From an uncultured Maribellus sp. (lineage in GTDB: Bacteria; Bacteroidota; Bacteroidia; Bacteroidales; Prolixibacteraceae), in contig CAZXVT010000004.1 in assembly GCA_964644015.1 (NCBI GenBank), positions 1 through 62,022 of the forward strand: a stretch of 62,022 nt of DNA. Direction: 5' to 3'. The notes beneath the pieces are model-generated. The model did no database searches, was not told the origin of the DNA, and saw only the letters and a program-made list of their open reading frames with translations. Positions 58,869-62,022 of this stretch are shown one piece after another. Position 1 is the first letter of the stretch. Each line of letters begins with the position of its first letter. The position numbers were made by a program, and so were the translations under genes.

Positions 58869-58902
58869 TCTTGACTGAAGGATAATTTGATAAATTTGCA
58901 AA

Positions 58903-59640
58903 ATGAATCGTTACGCAATTCAAATCAGTTACAATGGGGGCCGGTATTTTGGCTGGCAACGGCAACCAAAGGATATTTCAGTACAGGAGGTTTTGGAAAA
59001 AGCGTTTTCCACAATTCTTCGTGAAGAAATTACAATAACAGGCGCCGGCCGCACCGATACCGGCGTTCATGCTTCTTTTTATATTGCTCATTTCGATACT
59101 GAAAATGAAATTGCTGACCCGGTTCAGCTAACTTTTAAACTCAACCGCTTTTTACCGGCAGACATTGCCATTCAGAAAATATCTCCCGTAAAAAACGACT
59201 TTCATGCCCGTTTCAGTGCAGTTTCGCGCACTTACAAATATTTTATTTCGACTGTAAAAAATCCGTTTACAACCGAAACCAGCTTTCAGTACACGGTTCC
59301 GCTGAATGTCGATTTGATGAACCAGGCCGCCAAAATGCTTTTCGAGTTTACCGATTTTACCAGTTTCAGTAAGTTACACACCGATGTAAAAACCAACAAC
59401 TGCAAAATTTACCAGGCCGAATGGGAAAAACAGGGTGACCAACTGGTTTTCACGATCAAAGCCGACCGGTTTTTGCGTAACATGGTCCGCGCCATTGTGG
59501 GTACTTTAATTGAGGTGGGAAAAGGAAAAATTTCTATTGAAGAGTTTGTTGAAATCATTGAGCGAAAGGACAGGGGAGAAGCCGGAACTTCGGTGCCGCC
59601 ACAGGGGCTTTTTTTGGTTGATATTGAATATAATGCGTGA
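58903..59640 (+). CDS. truA: tRNA pseudouridine(38-40) synthase TruA
   Basis: GWQRQP, GAGRTDTGVHA, FHARFSA and FLRNMVRAIVG. Confidence 0.97.
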   Translation: MNRYAIQISYNGGRYFGWQRQPKDISVQEVLEKAFSTILREEITITGAGRTDTGVHASFYIAHFDTENEIADPVQLTFKLNRFLPADIAIQKISPVKNDFHARFSAVSRTYKYFISTVKNPFTTETSFQYTVPLNVDLMNQAAKMLFEFTDFTSFSKLHTDVKTNNCKIYQAEWEKQGDQLVFTIKADRFLRNMVRAIVGTLIEVGKGKISIEEFVEIIERKDRGEAGTSVPPQGLFLVDIEYNA

Positions 59641-59690
59641 ATGCTACAATGCGTGAATGCTTTAATGCGTGAATGCTTTAATGTCTGAAT
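59632..59690. repeat. 8/16-bp tandem repeat overlapping the truA stop
   Basis: aatgcgtg aatgctac aatgcgtg aatgcttt aatgcgtg aatgcttt aatgtctg. Confidence 0.85.
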
Positions 59691-59833
59691 CAATGATCTG
59701 CAATCATTAAATGAACCCAGAATCTATGAATTACCATCAATCTCTGTAAATCTCATCTAATCTCCATATTCTTGTATCTTCCAAAATCCGGCATCTTTTT
59801 ACATCTTTTATCTTCAGTTTCCAATTTAACCAG

Positions 59834-59841
59834 TAAATTTG
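59834..59841 (+). promoter_or_regulatory. -7 promoter box ahead of the riboswitch
   Basis: TAAATTTG immediately upstream of the aptamer. Confidence 0.65.
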
Positions 59842-59844
59842 CCC

Positions 59845-60024
59845 CCGGTTTGGTTGCGAACATTTTCGCTTTAAGGGAATCCGGTTAAAATCCGGAACTG
59901 TGCCCGCAGCTGTAATCCCGTTCTGCAATTTTGCGGAAAGTATTTTTAACAGGAGCCACTGTCCCGACTAAAAGTCGGGGTGGGAAGGAGTTAAAAAACG
60001 GGAAAGTCAGAAGACCTGCCAGCC
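59845..60024 (+). ncRNA. Cobalamin riboswitch
   Basis: AAGGGAATCCGGT...AATCCGGAACTG.GCCCGCAGCTGT, GCCACTG, GGGAAGG and the B12 box AAGTCAGAAGACCTGCC; upstream of a btuF/btuC-like operon. Confidence 0.95.
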
Positions 60025-60110
60025 TGATAATTTGATGAACTAACTTCGGGGACAAAGTTCAGTGAATCAGTAATTTGATTCCGTACTTTACTCCGTTATA
60101 TTTTGTGGTA

Positions 60111-60935
60111 ATGAAAATGACCCGGCTTTTTAAACTGGTTTTGTTTTTTGCATTAGTAATCCTGCATTTAAATGGTTTTTCCCAGCCGGTAAAACGAATT
60201 GTTTCGCTGGCGCCATCCATTACCGAAAATCTGTATCTTATCGGAGCCGGTAACAAGCTGGTTGGGTGTACAAGTTATTGTACGATGGCTGTTAATAAAG
60301 GCGTTCAGGAAATAGGTTCAACAATCGATGTAAATATCGAAAAAATACTTTCGCTGAAACCCGACCTTGTTTTAACCATGCTGATGACAAAACCGCAGGA
60401 CGTGGAAGCGCTGCGCAAACTGGGCATCAGGGTGGAGATTTTATCAACCCCTAAAAGTTTTAATGAAATCTGTGAGCAAACCTTGCAGATTGCCCGGTTA
60501 ACCGGAAATGAAAAAACGGCTGAACAGGTTGTCAGTTCTTCCCGCCAACAGGTTGAGAGCCTGAAAAACCAGATAAAAGACAAACCCCGCCGGAAGGTTT
60601 TTTTCCAATTGGGAGCCAACCCGGTTTTCACTGTTTTGCCCAATACATTTATGAATGATTTTATCCTGTTCAGCAATTGCGATAATATTGCCAATGGTAT
60701 GAAAACCGGCATTATCACCCGTGAGAGTGTGCTTTCGAAAAATCCGGATGTGATTTTTATTGCCACAATGGGCGGATTTGGCGAACAGGAGAAAAAAGTA
60801 TGGGAAAACTACAAAGGTTTAAAAGCGGCTGAAACCAAAAAGGTTTTTCTGATTGATTCAGAAACTTCTTGCAGCCCGACACCCGATAATTTTGCCAAAG
60901 CTTTTGCTGATGTTGTTAAAAGTCTGAACCGGTAA
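60111..60935 (+). CDS. btuF: Cobalamin ABC transporter substrate-binding protein (BtuF-like helical-backbone receptor)
   Basis: RIVSLAPSITE, NIEKILSLKPDLV and NPDVI; riboswitch context; start moved to the ATG at 60111. Confidence 0.85.
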   Translation: MKMTRLFKLVLFFALVILHLNGFSQPVKRIVSLAPSITENLYLIGAGNKLVGCTSYCTMAVNKGVQEIGSTIDVNIEKILSLKPDLVLTMLMTKPQDVEALRKLGIRVEILSTPKSFNEICEQTLQIARLTGNEKTAEQVVSSSRQQVESLKNQIKDKPRRKVFFQLGANPVFTVLPNTFMNDFILFSNCDNIANGMKTGIITRESVLSKNPDVIFIATMGGFGEQEKKVWENYKGLKAAETKKVFLIDSETSCSPTPDNFAKAFADVVKSLNR

Positions 60936-60938
60936 ATT

Positions 60939-61949
60939 ATGCAAAGAAAGTACTTGCATTGGCTCATTTTTATTGTTGTTTTGCTGGTTATATTACTGGC
61001 AGCCATTCTTATTTCGTTCTCGGCAGGTGAGGTGAAAATCAGCGCCGGAAAACTGGCGGAAATATTTGCAACAAAAGACAGCATCGAATACACGGTACTC
61101 ACCAGAATCAGGTTTCCCCGGATTGTGCTGGCCATTGCGGTGGGTGGCGCTTTGAGCCTTTCGGGCGCAATATTGCAGGGAATTTACCGCAATCCACTGG
61201 TTGAACCTTACACGTTGGGTATTTCAGGTGGGGCTGCGCTGGGTGTTGCCATTGTAATGGTTGCAGGAATTCAGTTACAAAACTATTTTATCCTGCCATT
61301 TTTTGGTTTTGCAGGTGCGCTGGTTACTTTGTTCCTGGTGTATTCGTTAAGTGTGCGCCGGGCAGGATTAAGCATGAACAGCATGTTGCTTATCGGTGTG
61401 ATGGTGAGTTTTGTGGCTTCTTCGGCTATGATGTTCCTGATGTCGCTCACCACCGCTGATAATATTCAGAATATCGTTTTCTGGGTGATGGGATCGCTGG
61501 ATGAACCTAATTCAGTGTTAATCAGAATCGCTTGGTGGTCGGCAATTGCCGGATTAATAATCAGTATTTTCTTTGCCCGGCCGCTCAATGCGCTTCGTTT
61601 GGGCGAGGTAAAAGCCCGTCACCTTGGTATCGACACCGGAACCACCATCAAACTGCTTTTTGTTTTATCATCCGTACTGACAGGAATTGCAGTTTCAGTA
61701 GCTGGTGTGATTGGTTTTGTGGGATTGGTGATTCCACATCTCATTCGCTTGATTATTGGCAACGATTACAGGGTTTTGCTGCCCGGCTCGTTTCTGGGAG
61801 GCGCCATTTTTCTGGTACTTTCCGATACACTTGCCCGAACCGTGATTGCTCCCAACGAATTGCCAATTGGTGTTATCACGGGCTTTGCAGGCGGACTCGT
61901 TTTTATTGTGGTTTTAAGCCGCTCAGGTTCAAAATATAAGATGAAGTGA
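60939..61949 (+). CDS. btuC: Cobalamin ABC transporter permease (FecCD/BtuC family)
   Basis: RFPR, RNPLVEPYTLGISGGA, IGFVGLVIPH and ELPIGVIT. Confidence 0.88.
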   Translation: MQRKYLHWLIFIVVLLVILLAAILISFSAGEVKISAGKLAEIFATKDSIEYTVLTRIRFPRIVLAIAVGGALSLSGAILQGIYRNPLVEPYTLGISGGAALGVAIVMVAGIQLQNYFILPFFGFAGALVTLFLVYSLSVRRAGLSMNSMLLIGVMVSFVASSAMMFLMSLTTADNIQNIVFWVMGSLDEPNSVLIRIAWWSAIAGLIISIFFARPLNALRLGEVKARHLGIDTGTTIKLLFVLSSVLTGIAVSVAGVIGFVGLVIPHLIRLIIGNDYRVLLPGSFLGGAIFLVLSDTLARTVIAPNELPIGVITGFAGGLVFIVVLSRSGSKYKMK

Positions 61950-61951
61950 CC

Positions 61952-62022
61952 ATGGAAAAGTTTTTGGAAATAAAGGATTTTTCATGTGGCTATCCCGGTC
62001 ATTTTGTGTTAAACGAAATCAG
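61952..62022 (+). CDS. Probable ABC transporter ATP-binding protein (BtuD-like), N-terminus only
   Basis: MEKFLEIKDFSCGYPGHFVLNEI is a typical ABC ATPase N-terminus, starting 2 nt after the permease stop and truncated by the window edge. Confidence 0.7.
   Translation, partial: MEKFLEIKDFSCGYPGHFVLNEI

Noticed and set aside
59737-59928. 63-aa minus-strand ORF
   Set aside because: It is antisense to the cobalamin riboswitch and its promoter.

Overview
About 62 kb of chromosome from a Bacteroidota bacterium, probably a Prolixibacteraceae/Marinilabiliales-like lineage. This is inferred from TAnnTTTG promoters, a T9SS sorting domain, the bat operon and protein style. Most of the window is housekeeping or metabolic: TIGR02594-like peptidoglycan hydrolase, GH106, GT39-like transferase, cstA, ppc, SNF2 helicase, PAS kinase plus response regulator, an AraC-linked esterase/reductase cluster, two tandem CPA2 antiporters, dedA, moxR-batABCDE, hsp20, truA, and a cobalamin riboswitch leading a btuF/btuC/btuD-like ABC operon. 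The accessory zone is about 37.2-44.1 kb. It holds a Type III restriction-modification pair that is bracketed by a degenerate 62-bp direct repeat and preceded by a long switch-like RNA leader. This is followed by a 14-unit array with about 21-bp period and a conserved CCGGATAGG-like core, next to a stand-alone 252-aa orphan gene with its own promoter and terminator. The array plus orphan gene, and the R-M leader, are the best candidates for something undescribed. No rRNA, tRNA, CRISPR-Cas, transposase or integrase was seen. All calls come from reading motifs by eye; no database searches were run.
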